The notes beneath the pieces were generated by a model. The model worked only from the letters and a program-made list of their open reading frames with translations. It was not told the origin of the DNA and did no database searches. A stretch of 64,000 nt of DNA from Ramazzottius varieornatus (taxonomy: Eukaryota > Animalia > Tardigrada): positions 4,267,624 through 4,331,623 of the forward strand of contig BDGG01000001.1 of NCBI GenBank assembly GCA_001949185.1, read 5' to 3'. This document shows, one piece after another, positions 28,667-40,456 of the stretch; the first letter of the stretch is position 1; the number at the start of each line of letters is the position of its first letter. Made by a program: the position numbers and the translations under genes.

Positions 28667-28978
28667 TTGTCTCGCTGTGCTGTGAACCTTTGTGGTCCTT
28701 TGGAACACGGATTTCAGCTTCACGTTCTAATTCATAATGTGTGTGCGTGTGTGTGAAAATGATTGGGAACTTTTGGTAGATGATATTTGCGTCGAATTCT
28801 GATGCGGGATTCTGTACCTATGGAACTTTATTCAGTGAGTGTAGAACGGAACGGTTTATTAGAACGGAAGCACTGCTGAAACGAAAAGAAATCAAAGAAT
28901 GCTTGCATGTAATGAGTAAAATATTCGAGCCATCAAAATAAGCAGAGGACACTGCACAAACCAAGGCTGAAAACGATT

Positions 28979-31047
28979 CTATAAAGCGTTGAATTTCATT
29001 CTGACTTGTGTAACGTCTTCGCTAACTCCTTCTTGAGACCCGCTTCCGGTTTCTCCTCCTGCCGACTCAAACTCAACCGACTTCTTGTTGGCTAGATCGA
29101 GAAGCGACAAGAACGTCCGGCAGAAGTTCTGCGAGGTCCTTCCAACCTCGTTCGACCCAACGATATCGATAACCGAACGACTTCGCTCACCTCCGCATTT
29201 CTGTATCAAGGACTTGCCGTACTGCTCCAAGTCGAAGGACATGGTCGCTTTCTCGTGGACTGCCAGGAAGTTGGTCAACCGGACCTCCCAAGCCTGCAGG
29301 TCACTCTCGGCAATGAAGCTACATTCGGCACTGGATGAACTGTCAGGTTGAGTCGAGTACTCAGAACGGTCTTTCAGCTCGGTCGCTCGAGTCGACTGTA
29401 TCATCCGGTTGAAATCTTGCGCGGTGGCTGCGTCCATTTCTAAGGCTTCTTCACCACCAACAGGCTCATCCAACTCCTCATAGTTGTCCCTGTCGTCATC
29501 CTGCAAAACAAAATTGATATATTCACAAAACACCTACATACAAAGACCCGTACTATTGACGTTGAGCGCTTGTATGAAGGTCGGCGACGCTCGCAGACGT
29601 TATTTCGCGATTTGTAACCTATAACAGGGAATATGTTGTGGTAGGAAACTTACCCCAAAGTGTGAGCAGATGGGTTCTTCCCTCTCAGCGGTTCCTTCGT
29701 CAGTCGTCCCCGCTCCTTTATCCATCGGTGCAGAAGCCAGTTCGGCAAGGAGCGTTTCATCGTCGGCGTCTCGGCTGACAAACTGTACCACAGTCTTTTC
29801 CGCCTTCTTCTTGGCACCTCTTTTCCCCCTCGTGCCAGGTGCCACTTCCACAGCATGGAGGCGGAAGCGGTATCTTTTGATGACGAAAGGTAGATCAATG
29901 TAGGGGAGCTCCCTGTCAGGAAAGGCCCAGAAGTTCATGAAGAAACCCACTTCGCTGCTGGGAGCAGCCACAGTCTTTTCCTTCATCACCCGCTTGTTCC
30001 TTCGGCGATACGGGTTCTCGACGAGCGTAATCTCTGTTACAGCGTCCTTTCGTGCGGCAAAACGCTGGTTGATGTGGTAGAGTCTTTCGAACGGCACGTT
30101 ACTTTGGAGGTCGTTCGCCGCGAATGGTGCGTTCTTCTCGCTACGTCGCTTTGCCGCGTCTTTCTCAGAAGAGTCATTTCGCGTCGTCTCAGCCTGTAAA
30201 CCGCAAACATACTTATAAACGATAATTCGCGAGAAAGAAGACAAGAATATTTGACCTGTCGGACAGTCTGCTTATCCTCGTCGTTAACAACTGTGCCGTC
30301 GTCGTAGTCCACGCCGATATCCTCAACTGGGTCGGGAGTAAATTCTGCTCCTTCGGCTGGAATGAATTTACACCGTTCGATTTGAGCAGCATTCTGCACG
30401 GGTGTTTCTTGGCCAAGTGGATAGTATCCTTCGGCGTTAAGCGGAAGAACGTTGATCTTAAATTCAGCCCAGTCGACGCCTTTAACCTTCCTCGCTTCGT
30501 CCAAGTACGGCTTGATTCTTTCACAGTCCAGCAGAGGAAGAAGATGTGGGTATGACGGGCTCAGGTACATATCCTGTGAGAGTAGAGGCAGCTTATCAAC
30601 AGTGGAATTACCCGAAGACTTAGCTTTCTCTCGGGTGCCCAACAGTTTGACCACGCTGTCGTCCTTCGCGATGTCGAAAGGCAGCGCCAACGGATGACCA
30701 CTTCGCTTCGCAGACACCGGTTTATCTTTGTCCTCTGCCGTGTCGTTTTTCTTCTTCGCCTTTGAAACATCGTTGAGAGAGTTTAGCGTCGTTCTGGCAG
30801 CCGTAGATGTGTCGTCCACGCGCTTGGACCATAACGTTCCTGCTGACGACAAGACGTATGCTGCGTCGGATAGGCCAAAGTTCTCACCATCTTCCGTTGG
30901 AGCACCATGGATCGTCTGGCACAAGTCGACAGCGTCGGAGAAGCCTGCTAGATGTTCGCTGAAGGAAATGTCCCATGGTCCAGCCTGGAAGGGGTTGCGC
31001 AAAGTGGTGATATCGAGAATATGCTTCTGGGAGAGAGTGGTGTTCAT
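28979..31047 (-). CDS. NCAPH2: divergent condensin II kleisin subunit CAP-H2 (N-terminus may extend upstream)
   Basis: N-terminal kleisin-like WDISFSEHL...DAAYVLSSAGTLWSKRVD, and C-terminal winged-helix-like WEVRLTNFL...FDLEQYG...FCRTFLSLLDLANKKSV. Both match my recollection of the CAP-H2 consensus (W.vd...AA.liqgsa.vysKkVe; FDih.YG...CR.fla.LqLAN). Confidence 0.75.
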
Positions 31048-31516
31048 GATGAGCGAGCGACGCACAGTATATGTTCTATTCACCTCTTTGTAGCAGTTAC
31101 AGACGACAGATCTGCAGACAGACGGATCAACGTGCTTGTTCTTTGCTGAAACCTGAAACAGAGAGTATAGAGGTAAATTTCTAATATAGACTGCACGAAC
31201 GAAACGTGAAGGAAGGATATCTTTTTGAGGAAGAAAATCTGAACCAAAGAAAAGAGATCGTGAAGCGGGCTCAGCCCCGGGGATGAACAATATTCAGGGG
31301 ATTCCATTTTCCAGTATTTAATCAAAGGTCGAAATTTCAGGGCCCCCGGGGGCTTGGCAGATATTAAATTATTACTAATAGTATGATACGAATGATTCAT
31401 CAATCATCAATGGGTTAGCTTTTGTTTCCTGAGTCGGGAATCGAGATTCCTCCTTCGCACATAGTTGGTTATCGACTTATGGCTCGTTGCGGCTGGTCTA
31501 TTGGAACTGCAGGACC

Positions 31517-32595
31517 ATGGGAGATCATAAAGGTCGGATGAAAGAGCTGACATCGCTGCTGAGGTGTCCGCTTTGCCATGGACAGATTGTGGATGCTACA
31601 ACGATCACCGAGTGTCTGCATACCTGTAAGTTTCTCGCTAAATGCTTGAGGATTCCAGAAAGCTTGTAGTGCGAATTGAGACCCTGCATCTTTGTTGTGT
31701 AGTTTGCAAGAGCTGCATAGTGAAGTTCTTGGAGGACAATACGTCATGCCCAACTTGTGGTAGCCTTATCCACCAGAGTTATCCCCTGGACTACATAAGG
31801 TGCGTAACTGCGTATAAAAATGTTCCATAATTGTTCGTCGTGCCAAGCCCAACATGCTACTGCTTTGTCAAAGAGGGAAGCTCGAGCCTTATCTTTGACG
31901 TACTTTAGCCACGACCGCACCATCCAGGACATCGTGAACAAAGTGTTTCCCGACCTGAAGCAGCGTAAGTGAAATTTGAAAAGCTGCCTGAGTCTTCTTC
32001 CCAGCCTCAAGAGCGCAGGTGATAATTCGTGTTGCTGCAGGCGAAAGTGACAGGGAACTTCAGTTCTATCGCGACCACCCGAAGATCAAGAATCCCAAAA
32101 GACTGGATACGAAGCCTTACTCGGCTCCCCCACCCAAACCCGCCGCTAGCCAGAACATTAACGACTATCATCGAAGCGACGAGCAGCTCAGCGTACAGCT
32201 CGAATGCAAGAGTCACACGTTGAAGCCTCTAAAGCATAGATACCTACGGTGTTCCTCTCAGTCGACGGTCCTGCTTTTGAAGAAATTTGTGGCTGCTCAA
32301 CTATTCAATGATGTATCTAGATGCAACGAGGTAAGCAGTTCGCGCTCGTTCAACACATCGTACAAGTACCGTAGTCTTTATCAGAAATTTTCCTCTTCCA
32401 GTTGGATATTGTCTGCAACGACGAGCTACTGGGCAAGGACCACATGCTGAAATACGTAGTCCTTACTCGATGGCGCTTCCGGGTACGTTTTCAAATCTGC
32501 AGTGCTCAAGTATTGATCTCTTCTCACAAAATGTTTTTGTTCTGAAGGACCCTCCGTTGGTACTCCACTACCGCCAGAAGCTGGAGCTCACCTAG
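31517..32595 (+). CDS. PCGF3: Polycomb group RING finger protein 3/5-like (RING + RAWUL)
   Basis: [27 protein letters not shown]...CPTC...IHQSYPLDYISHDRTIQDIV; DYHRSDEQ; CNDELLGKDH; TRWRFRDPPLVLHYR. Confidence 0.9.
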
Positions 32596-33339
32596 TGTCC
32601 TGGAGTCACAGAAAGATTTTTACGTCGGGTTCTAATCCCAAATTTTGCTCTACAGTCTGAAGCTTTAGAGTTGTTTGGGCCAGCGGCAGAGTAGAACAGT
32701 AAGGCGTGGACAGATGGCGTCATATGGGGTGTGCATGAAATCAAAGAATATTCGTATATGACCAATCGGTGCAAAACACGCTTGACTTCCGCCATCCACT
32801 TCTGATTAGCCGATTATTAATGATTTTTACTTCGTTCCCGTTCTGTACTTCCTAAACTAACCACACCTTACTGATCTACTCTGCCGTTGGCCCCTTTATT
32901 GTTTTATCTCGGGTTTCATATTTTAGTCCAGTTTTCTATTTCGCACACGGTGATTGTTTTCGCAATTCTTGTCTCGCATAATTCGTAGCTTTTTCCTGAC
33001 ATCATCGCTTTTTCTCGTTAGGCATCTCAGTATTGACTGGCGAGCCAGTTATCACTTCAGTAGCGTACCATCCGCTGATTGCAGTCACAGAGAATGGTCT
33101 TCGCTTTCTACAGATTTCATGACCGTAGTAAGAGAAAATAACAGAATGAAACAAATGAAACACATTCCAAAATGTCTAGGTAGCCATGTCTAGGTAGGTA
33201 ATGTCTAGTAGCTCGAACTCGCCAAAAAGTCAAATAATAAGTTAGTAAAACAACGAAGAAAAGAGAACTAACTTTAACATCATAGCCTGATCCATTCCTT
33301 GAACAGCATACCATCCTTGTCGACTTCTACATGAAAGAC

Positions 33340-34740
33340 TCACCGACGGGTTTCTTCGCTACTCTCAACACTATCGGATGCTACAGGTTCAACTTCGGTC
33401 ACTTGAATGTTGGGTTTCGTGGTCTTCAAGTCTTTCAAAAGCTTAACAAGTTTAAAACTAGGACCTAGAGGAATGGTTAAAAGCTCTTTCAGCGCGGCGG
33501 GGTCCAGATGCCCCAGCAGTTGAGCCCCGGTAACTTCTTTCGACTGCGCCACTGTCGCCACTTCCGGAAATCCTCGCTGGAGAATGTACTCATATGTTTC
33601 ATTCACCGACCATTCTCTCATGGGCTTATCATCGATAAATCGATACTTATTGCCTTGGCTGTCTGTCAGAATCGCGTACTGTGAAAGAGAGAGCGATTTC
33701 AACGAGTCTGTGGACGGGGAACGAACGTCGCGGTTCTTCATTGTCCGTTTGGGAATCTTAACCATTAGCGGAGACTTTGTAAGAGAAGCGGGCAACGGTG
33801 CGGGAAAGTGTTTCACTTCGTTTGACGAGTCCTCTTCGACAGATGATTCAGATGGGTCATGTGGCGGTGACGAAACATCGTCAGCAGTTATAATGGGCAA
33901 CGCTTCGGGAATCCCGAACTCTTCGCCCCGATCTTCTTCCGTGGGGGGAGTACTCTTTCTTTTCCCTTCTGGCGTCTTGCGTTTCTGGACTTGCGTCGTC
34001 GACGGAATCAGGCGGAGAGTCTTGACGGACTTCTTGTCGTTGTTCACGAAGGCTTCCACGAGATCCGGACGCTTGAGTGTGGACTCGCGGATCCATTTGT
34101 CGAAGATGCTGCAAGAGAAGTTCAAAGCTTCTTCGCCCATGATATCAATCTCGCATTCACTTCCTGGTTACTATCAGTTTATTGTGTACTAATGATAAGG
34201 TTGTGGTAGTTCGTCGGTAGTTCGAAAAGAAATAGGTATCAAACTTACGATGGTAGGCCTTTCCAGTGAACCTTGTACTCCACGTTCCCCTTGATCTTGC
34301 GTCTTCCCACCAAACTCTCCGCCACCTTCTTACCTTGCGGCTTCATTTCGGTGGCAACGGCAGGCGTGAAGTCGAATATAGCATTGGCAGGTTCCCATGT
34401 AGTTTCCCTTCAGACAAGTAAAATGGAAAAAAGATAGAAACTCTAGGGACCCAACACTTTCTAAGACTCAAAACCGAGCCGAAAAGTCCACAATGCGAAA
34501 CGGAGCGAAATCGACTTACTGGTATCCCAGCCACTTGACGCGCGCGTAGCGCACCCCTTTCCACTGCTTGTACTTCAATATCCGTTCCACAATAAAAACT
34601 TTGCCGTCACCATTCGACTTTCGCTTTTTGGGTCCATGTTTTTTGGGAGAATTGGAAGATGTTGTGCTTTCCGATGCCACTTCAGTGTCGGAAGACATCA
34701 ACAATCGCTTGATTCGGTTGTTGCGGCTTTGAGAAGACAT
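33340..34740 (-). CDS. tandem chromodomain + C-terminal SAM domain protein (~382 aa); exons 34740-34520, 34407-34249, 34108-33340
   Basis: Chromo 1: VFIVERILKYKQWKGVRYARVKWLGYQETTWEPANAI. Chromo 2: KVAESLVGRRKIKGNVEYKVHWKGLPSIFDKWIRESTLKRPDLVEAF. SAM: PMREWSVNETYEYILQRGFPEVATVAQSKEVTGAQLLGHLDPAALKELLTIPLGPSFKL. GT-AG junctions are in phase. Confidence 0.85.
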
Positions 34741-35299
34741 GTTTACGGCTACTTTGGTTCCTATAAAAGAAATCAAAACCGTGTTTTCGCATTATTTCAA
34801 AGCCTAGGGCTGTATGTCACACTATGTGGATTCTATTGGGAAAAAGTAGCATCAAAACAGTTTCCCAGGAGTCGCGCAAAACGTGTGACGGGAAGGTACA
34901 CAATCTACTTCCGCCGTTCTCACAGGGTCGTAGACTATTTCGTCCGTCTCGGAAACTACCGCACCTTTTCGATCCAAATGTGGATGCGGTCCGTTAGATG
35001 AGACGTAGTTCGGTTTAATAGTTCAAATAGCGAGCGCTTTCCTCGAGAAATCAACTTTGCAACAGCGAAACTTAAAGGTCAAAAGCCAAGATTCTGTACA
35101 GTGGTGCAGCAGAATCTCGGGAAGCAGCCCAGTTCGTGTGACGGAGATTCGGCTTGAACCGTGACAAAGACGAACTGTTCCAAGCAGATTACACTTGTAC
35201 AATGTTTACTCCATACAGAAAACCAGTTGGATCTGGGTGAGGTGTCCCTTCAATCTCAAAAACTGAAGAACTCGAAGAAGAAGTTATTTCAAAACCTCA

Positions 35300-36200
35300 T
35301 CAGAGCCATGTTATAACATTGGTTGATAACACTTGGTTCTTGCGGTTATAACATTTATCCACTTACCGTTTCCAGTATCCCGTACAATACTCAACCACCT
35401 CCTACATTCTTACCGGCAAGAGTAACAAGAGCAAACTCTAGCCAGAACAAGAAAGTTTCAAGGTACGAGTCCTTGACGTTTTCAGAGCCGTAGGAAGCTG
35501 GCTACCATACCTGCCAGCTGCTTGATCTGTTGAGCAGCCGGCCTACAGGGAACACACTGCCGTGCGCCATATTGACGCCCCACCCGAATGACTTGTTTTC
35601 GACTCATCGATATCAACATCGGGCTCCATCATTCTGATGATCTCCTTTTACAAGCCATAGTTGCCTCAGGAGGTACGACAAACAAACAGGCGGAATTTTT
35701 CTCCCTAAAGTCATCGAAATCTTGTGGACTAGCTAAGAGGAACACCACAAGGATGTACAATGAGCTTATGCTGAGCCGCTGGGTTCGCGAAATTGAGAAG
35801 CAAAAGTCTGTGGCTGGGTTATTGCTGGGAAAACTGAAGAGCCTCCCTTTTTCCGAGCTTTTTCACCGCAGAAGAACCATGAACACCTTGACCGCCACGA
35901 CAAGAAACCGTATCATTTACTGTACAACTTCTTCGGAAGCACAGGCGGAAGTAGCCGACCACTCTCGTCATGATCTCTTGTTATCAATACATTCACGTAC
36001 CTAGCATGGAGGCTCGAGTTTTTCGCAGTTCCGATTTTGATCTTGAAAGTTGAAACGGCTTAGGAAATTTGCGGTAGCAGTTATAGCGGGAAGTTCGCTC
36101 TTGGGACGTTCGGCTCAAAATGTATAAATATTACAGATCCCATCCCTAGCACCCATTTATAACGTTGATCCCACAACATTCCTTGCGACGGTGTTATACA
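35300..36200 (+). mobile_element. possible degraded pogo/Tigger-like transposon remnant
   Basis: ORF 35588-36004 contains MYNELMLSRWVREIEKQKSVAGLLLGK, which resembles a CENP-B-type HTH. TTATAAC motifs recur near both flanks (35310-35352, ~36156). No clean TIR pair was found. Confidence 0.3.
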
Positions 36201-36525
36201 GTACTCTACCGAATAGCCTAACCGCAAAGCAATTACCACCGCGTATACGAATGTTTGGCCATCTTAGAAGAAGTCTCGGTTCGGTTAGTACGAGAGTGCC
36301 TGAAAACTTGTGGTGGATATTGTCGAGATGAAAATTTCAATTTCCCCGAAAAGGATTGATTCATAGCGTACCGAAGTGCCAAAAATCAAACTTGAGCATT
36401 TTACTGGATGCGACAGGAACGATATCGATTCAAATCCGACAGTTCTGCAGATGAGATGCTCAACAATATACACAGTTTGTGATTGAAACATCAGAATCAA
36501 TGTAAGTAATAAGGCTGAGTTTGAA

Positions 36526-36555
36526 TACAGTACAGAACAGTACAGTACAGTACAG
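36526..36555. repeat. (TACAG)6 microsatellite
   Basis: TACAG TACAG AACAG TACAG TACAG TACAG. Confidence 0.85.
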
Positions 36556-36651
36556 GTAAATCACAGAATTCAAAAGAAGATAATACGTTGTCAAAAAAGG
36601 AGGAATTTTGCAACGCAGGAACAATGAAATGCCTCGGTAAAATACCCTTCT

Positions 36652-39600
36652 TCAAAACACAACAATCTGAGACCGGAGAACGGTTAACAGATCGTCGTCA
36701 ATGGTTAACATCACCATGAAAGAAAAGAATAAGCTGCAGGCGGAAGTCATATGCCACACATCGTGTTCATCGTAAAAGTGCAGAAGGAAGCACGGACGGT
36801 TGACTTCCCGCGATCTCGATGGTGTCACTTGCCAGTCGATGGGTCCCCGATGGAACAAGTACAGGCTCCCGGCCCAGGAACCAACCGACAGCAGCATGAA
36901 GATGACGGTCAACCGACTGATCCGTTCTCCATTGCGCAGCTTCATCACCAGGTAGAACAGAACATAAAGGGCAAAGTTGGACACGAAACAAGCCAGAATG
37001 TATGAAGCGAAATCTAGAGGCTGGAGAACCGGGCCGACGACAGCCAAGGCCAAATTACAAATCATCACAATGGACAACGGCACGAATCGATTCATGTGCG
37101 CCGGCCATCTAAACAGTCCCTCTTGTCGCACGCGAGTGTAGAACCGGTAAAAGATGCCGAAGTCTAGGTGCCAATGTCCAAGGTAGTAAATCTGTGCGCT
37201 GACAGCCATCGTCAGCAGGAACAGCGAGATCGAGAAGACGATCCAGGCGGCAAGGCTGATGTAGACTACACCGATGACGGACATCAGAATGATGAAGGCG
37301 AAAAACGCGTAGGAGATGTACGCGTTGGGAAGAATGTCCGGATGGCGAGTCTGGTACATCTTCAGACAACCTACAGAGAAATACACCGTTACTCAAGAAA
37401 TAAGCCGGCTGACCTCGATGCACAATCAGAACACTTCAAAGCATGGCAAGGAAACTAGACAAGAGTGTGCTAACGAATGGCACACATTTTCAGTGTTGTG
37501 GGCTGGAACCGTGCGCCACCTGAAAAACAATCATGTCGGGTTTCTTGTCGCAAGTGGCGCGCGTTTTCAGTAAAACTGGCTGCGAACGTGCGCCACTTGG
37601 AAAACCAGTCTTGTCGAGTTTGTTCGCCCAGGTCAGAAACTTACCGAGTCCTCCAATGATGAACATAAAAGACGTGTCGAACTGGAAATTGCTGTAAAAC
37701 AAAACCCTGTCAGAAAACGGCTTTGTCGGTTTGAATAACAAGAATTAGGTGATCGTACCTGTAGCTTGGGCAGATGTGGTACGACGCGCTCATCAACCCT
37801 TCCATGATTAAAGCGAGACCCATAGCGTAGAAGAGTTCGAAATGCGGTGAGACACCTTTGGCTTTCGCCCCCTCATAGTTATCAGGGTTCTCCATCTTGT
37901 CCTTGATGTACTGCAGCTGACGACGTCGAACCAACAGGATAAACAGGAAACCCAGTAGAACATACCCGCTGTTACTGATGACATGGTTGAAATCGCTGAC
38001 GATACCTAACGGGTTGGCACAGGCAAAGTTGTAGTAGCACAGATCTTCGTTGCCAGTGTTCCGAAGCACTCGTTGGTACGTAATGACCAATTGAGCCACC
38101 GGAAGCCCGTAGAAGATGCAGATGGTAATCATGGACCATCGATACTGCCTGTCTTTCTTGGACAACCGCTCTCGGGACTTATGGGTTAGGTCGGTCACGT
38201 AGACTACACTCTTCGTCCGAACGATTTCTTGGAACTCATCTTCGTCGGTGATTTCCTGATCGGATTCGCCCGAACCGTGGCGACGACGAGGCGAAGTAGT
38301 GCTGTCAGAGCTCGTATTTGGAGCACCGTTATTGGCGTGGGAAGTCGACGCGTCGAGCTGAGCGGATCGACCGGGAATCGGATCACCTATAGTCGAACGT
38401 AAATTTAATACTGCGTATCAGCGAGGCCGGCATACGAACCGTACAAGATAGCTATCTCAAGTGGCGCGCGGTTCCAGCCAGTCACAACGAAGACGTGCGC
38501 CGCTAGAGATAACAAATTTGTGCGCGTCTCGTTTGCCGACATCCCGTGTCCTATTTCAAAGACTAGTTTCTACCGCCGATGTCTTTCTCAAGTTCGTCAA
38601 GGACTTTTCCATGGGAAGTGACGTCTTCTTTATTGGCTCGTTCTTTCGTTACCTTCCCGAAGCAGTACTTCCACTTGACGATGTTACTGGCCAGAAGAAG
38701 GCAAGTGATGACGTAAAAGCCGATGAAAAACCCAACGCATGCAGCACAAGCGATAAAGTAGCCCTTGAATGATATCGACTCTGTCACTGTAATCTTTACT
38801 GTCTTGACGCGGCTGTAGGCTGCTGAACTGGCATTTGTATGCGGGATGATCTTTTCGATTTCCTGGCAGAGGTAATCGACTGGCCGGACGGTGAGGACGA
38901 TATAGAAACGAGGCATGTCAACTCGCGCGACGACGATGGAGCCTTTCGATGTGATCGTCTGGAACGTCCCTGTCGAAAAACATATGATGACAAATTCTAA
39001 CTAAAGTCCAGCTGAATCTACTCGGGATTCACCTTCGACGCGAAGGTCCGATTCGATGTCAGCTACTGGGCAGCGAACTGGCTGGATGGAAAAATAGCTA
39101 CAATATTTGTCTGCTTCCAGCGACTCGATGGACACTAGAACGTGATCGATCCCATCAGGCATGACGTACTCAACGTACTGTGGTTCGGAAGGACTGACTC
39201 TGACGATCATTGGGACGTCGGTGGTGACGAAAAAGTCTTCTACTTGATATGCGCGGAAATTGAAGTCGACGTTCGACATCGAGGCTGTTGACAGGTCAAC
39301 GTAGATCGTCTGGTACACAGTCGTGTTGGGGTTGTAGATTGTTGAATTGTCTTCTGCAGCACCAGAAAGAGATCAACACAGCGTACCGTACAAACACTCG
39401 AATTTATTTCTTACTATCATCGTCGAGGTAGTTGATGGTCGGGCACAACGTGCGGCTGGTTGAATGAAACGGGTAGATCTTGTCTAGGAAGAGAGGGATT
39501 TGCCAGGAGAGCACACCGAGCTGCTGCTTGACCACAACGAGGATGGGATTGCTTCGTTCGGCTTTGAGGCTGGATACCGATATACGGATAGCGTCCGTAT

Positions 39601-39823
39601 CATTCTGCTGGCGAGTGTAGTTAAAGACGTATACCTTCCCTGATTGTCGGCCCACCATCCCGGAGTACGTGTGGTTAAAGTCAGCCGGCTCCAGAGCAAC
39701 GTCGGTCTGCGTTTGAGTATGAAAGAACTTTGCGAAGCTATGGAGTCTTGCGGACGACGACGGAATCGAGAACATGAAGACACAGGAAAGCAGCAGAACG
39801 CCGACGTATCTGCTTCTGTCCAT
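36652..39823 (-). CDS. SID-1 transmembrane family member, copy A (canonical SIDT-like; ~6 exons)
   Basis: Signal peptide; [97 protein letters not shown] and FYDEHDVWH. Confidence 0.95.
37461..37612. repeat. two tandem copies of the ~75 bp palindromic repeat (SID-1 A intron)
   Basis: ATGGCACAC, 25 nt spacer, GTGCGCCACCTGAAAAACAATC (37461-37535); and CAAGTGGCGCGC, 25 nt spacer, GTGCGCCACTTGGAAAACC (37538-37612). Confidence 0.85.
38445..38519. repeat. ~75 bp palindromic repeat copy (SID-1 A intron)
   Basis: AGATAGCTATCTCAAGTGGCGCGC, 25 nt spacer, GTGCGCCGCTAGAGATAAC. Confidence 0.85.
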
Positions 39824-40456
39824 GGTGATCGGTGACTCGCGCGCCTGTTGTATGGTTGGACCTGCAAAGATGTAATACACGACAATCAATCCTGGAAAGC
39901 CAACAAGATTACCACATACCCGTTCTGAACGGGCATGTAGTTGAGGCAGTTGAGAACGGCCCCGCCGTTCTCAACTGCCTAAGGAAATTAATTAAAGGGA
40001 CTTCCGGTGGCTTGTCAATCCATCACTTGGACTCCCTTACCAGCTACGTCCTTGAAACATCCGGACTTGTAGTCAGCGATGCACTGCTAGCGAAGTAGTT
40101 GACCTGTGAGATAGGGTTGTCTTCCCAAGCTTTGAGGGTCCAGATAGCGACTTAACGAGAACTTTGCATAAGGCAGTCAAAGTCGAAGAGAATCAAGAGA
40201 TGGAAATTTCCAAAACCGAAACAACGTTCTGCTTACGCCAGACAATCAAGACGGATGTATGAATCAACTAAAAGCACTCGACTGTCGCTCTGTCATGTCA
40301 TATTATGACTTGACGTAAGCCTTAACGCCATGTTTGGGCAACATTCGGTTCGCAATTCGCAAATTCGTGGTTGTTTATTTACGGGTTAGTCATCAGCAAC
40401 AATGGTCGTTCGTTGAGCGTCGTGAATTCTGCTGTGGATTTCCTTTTCCAGCCACG

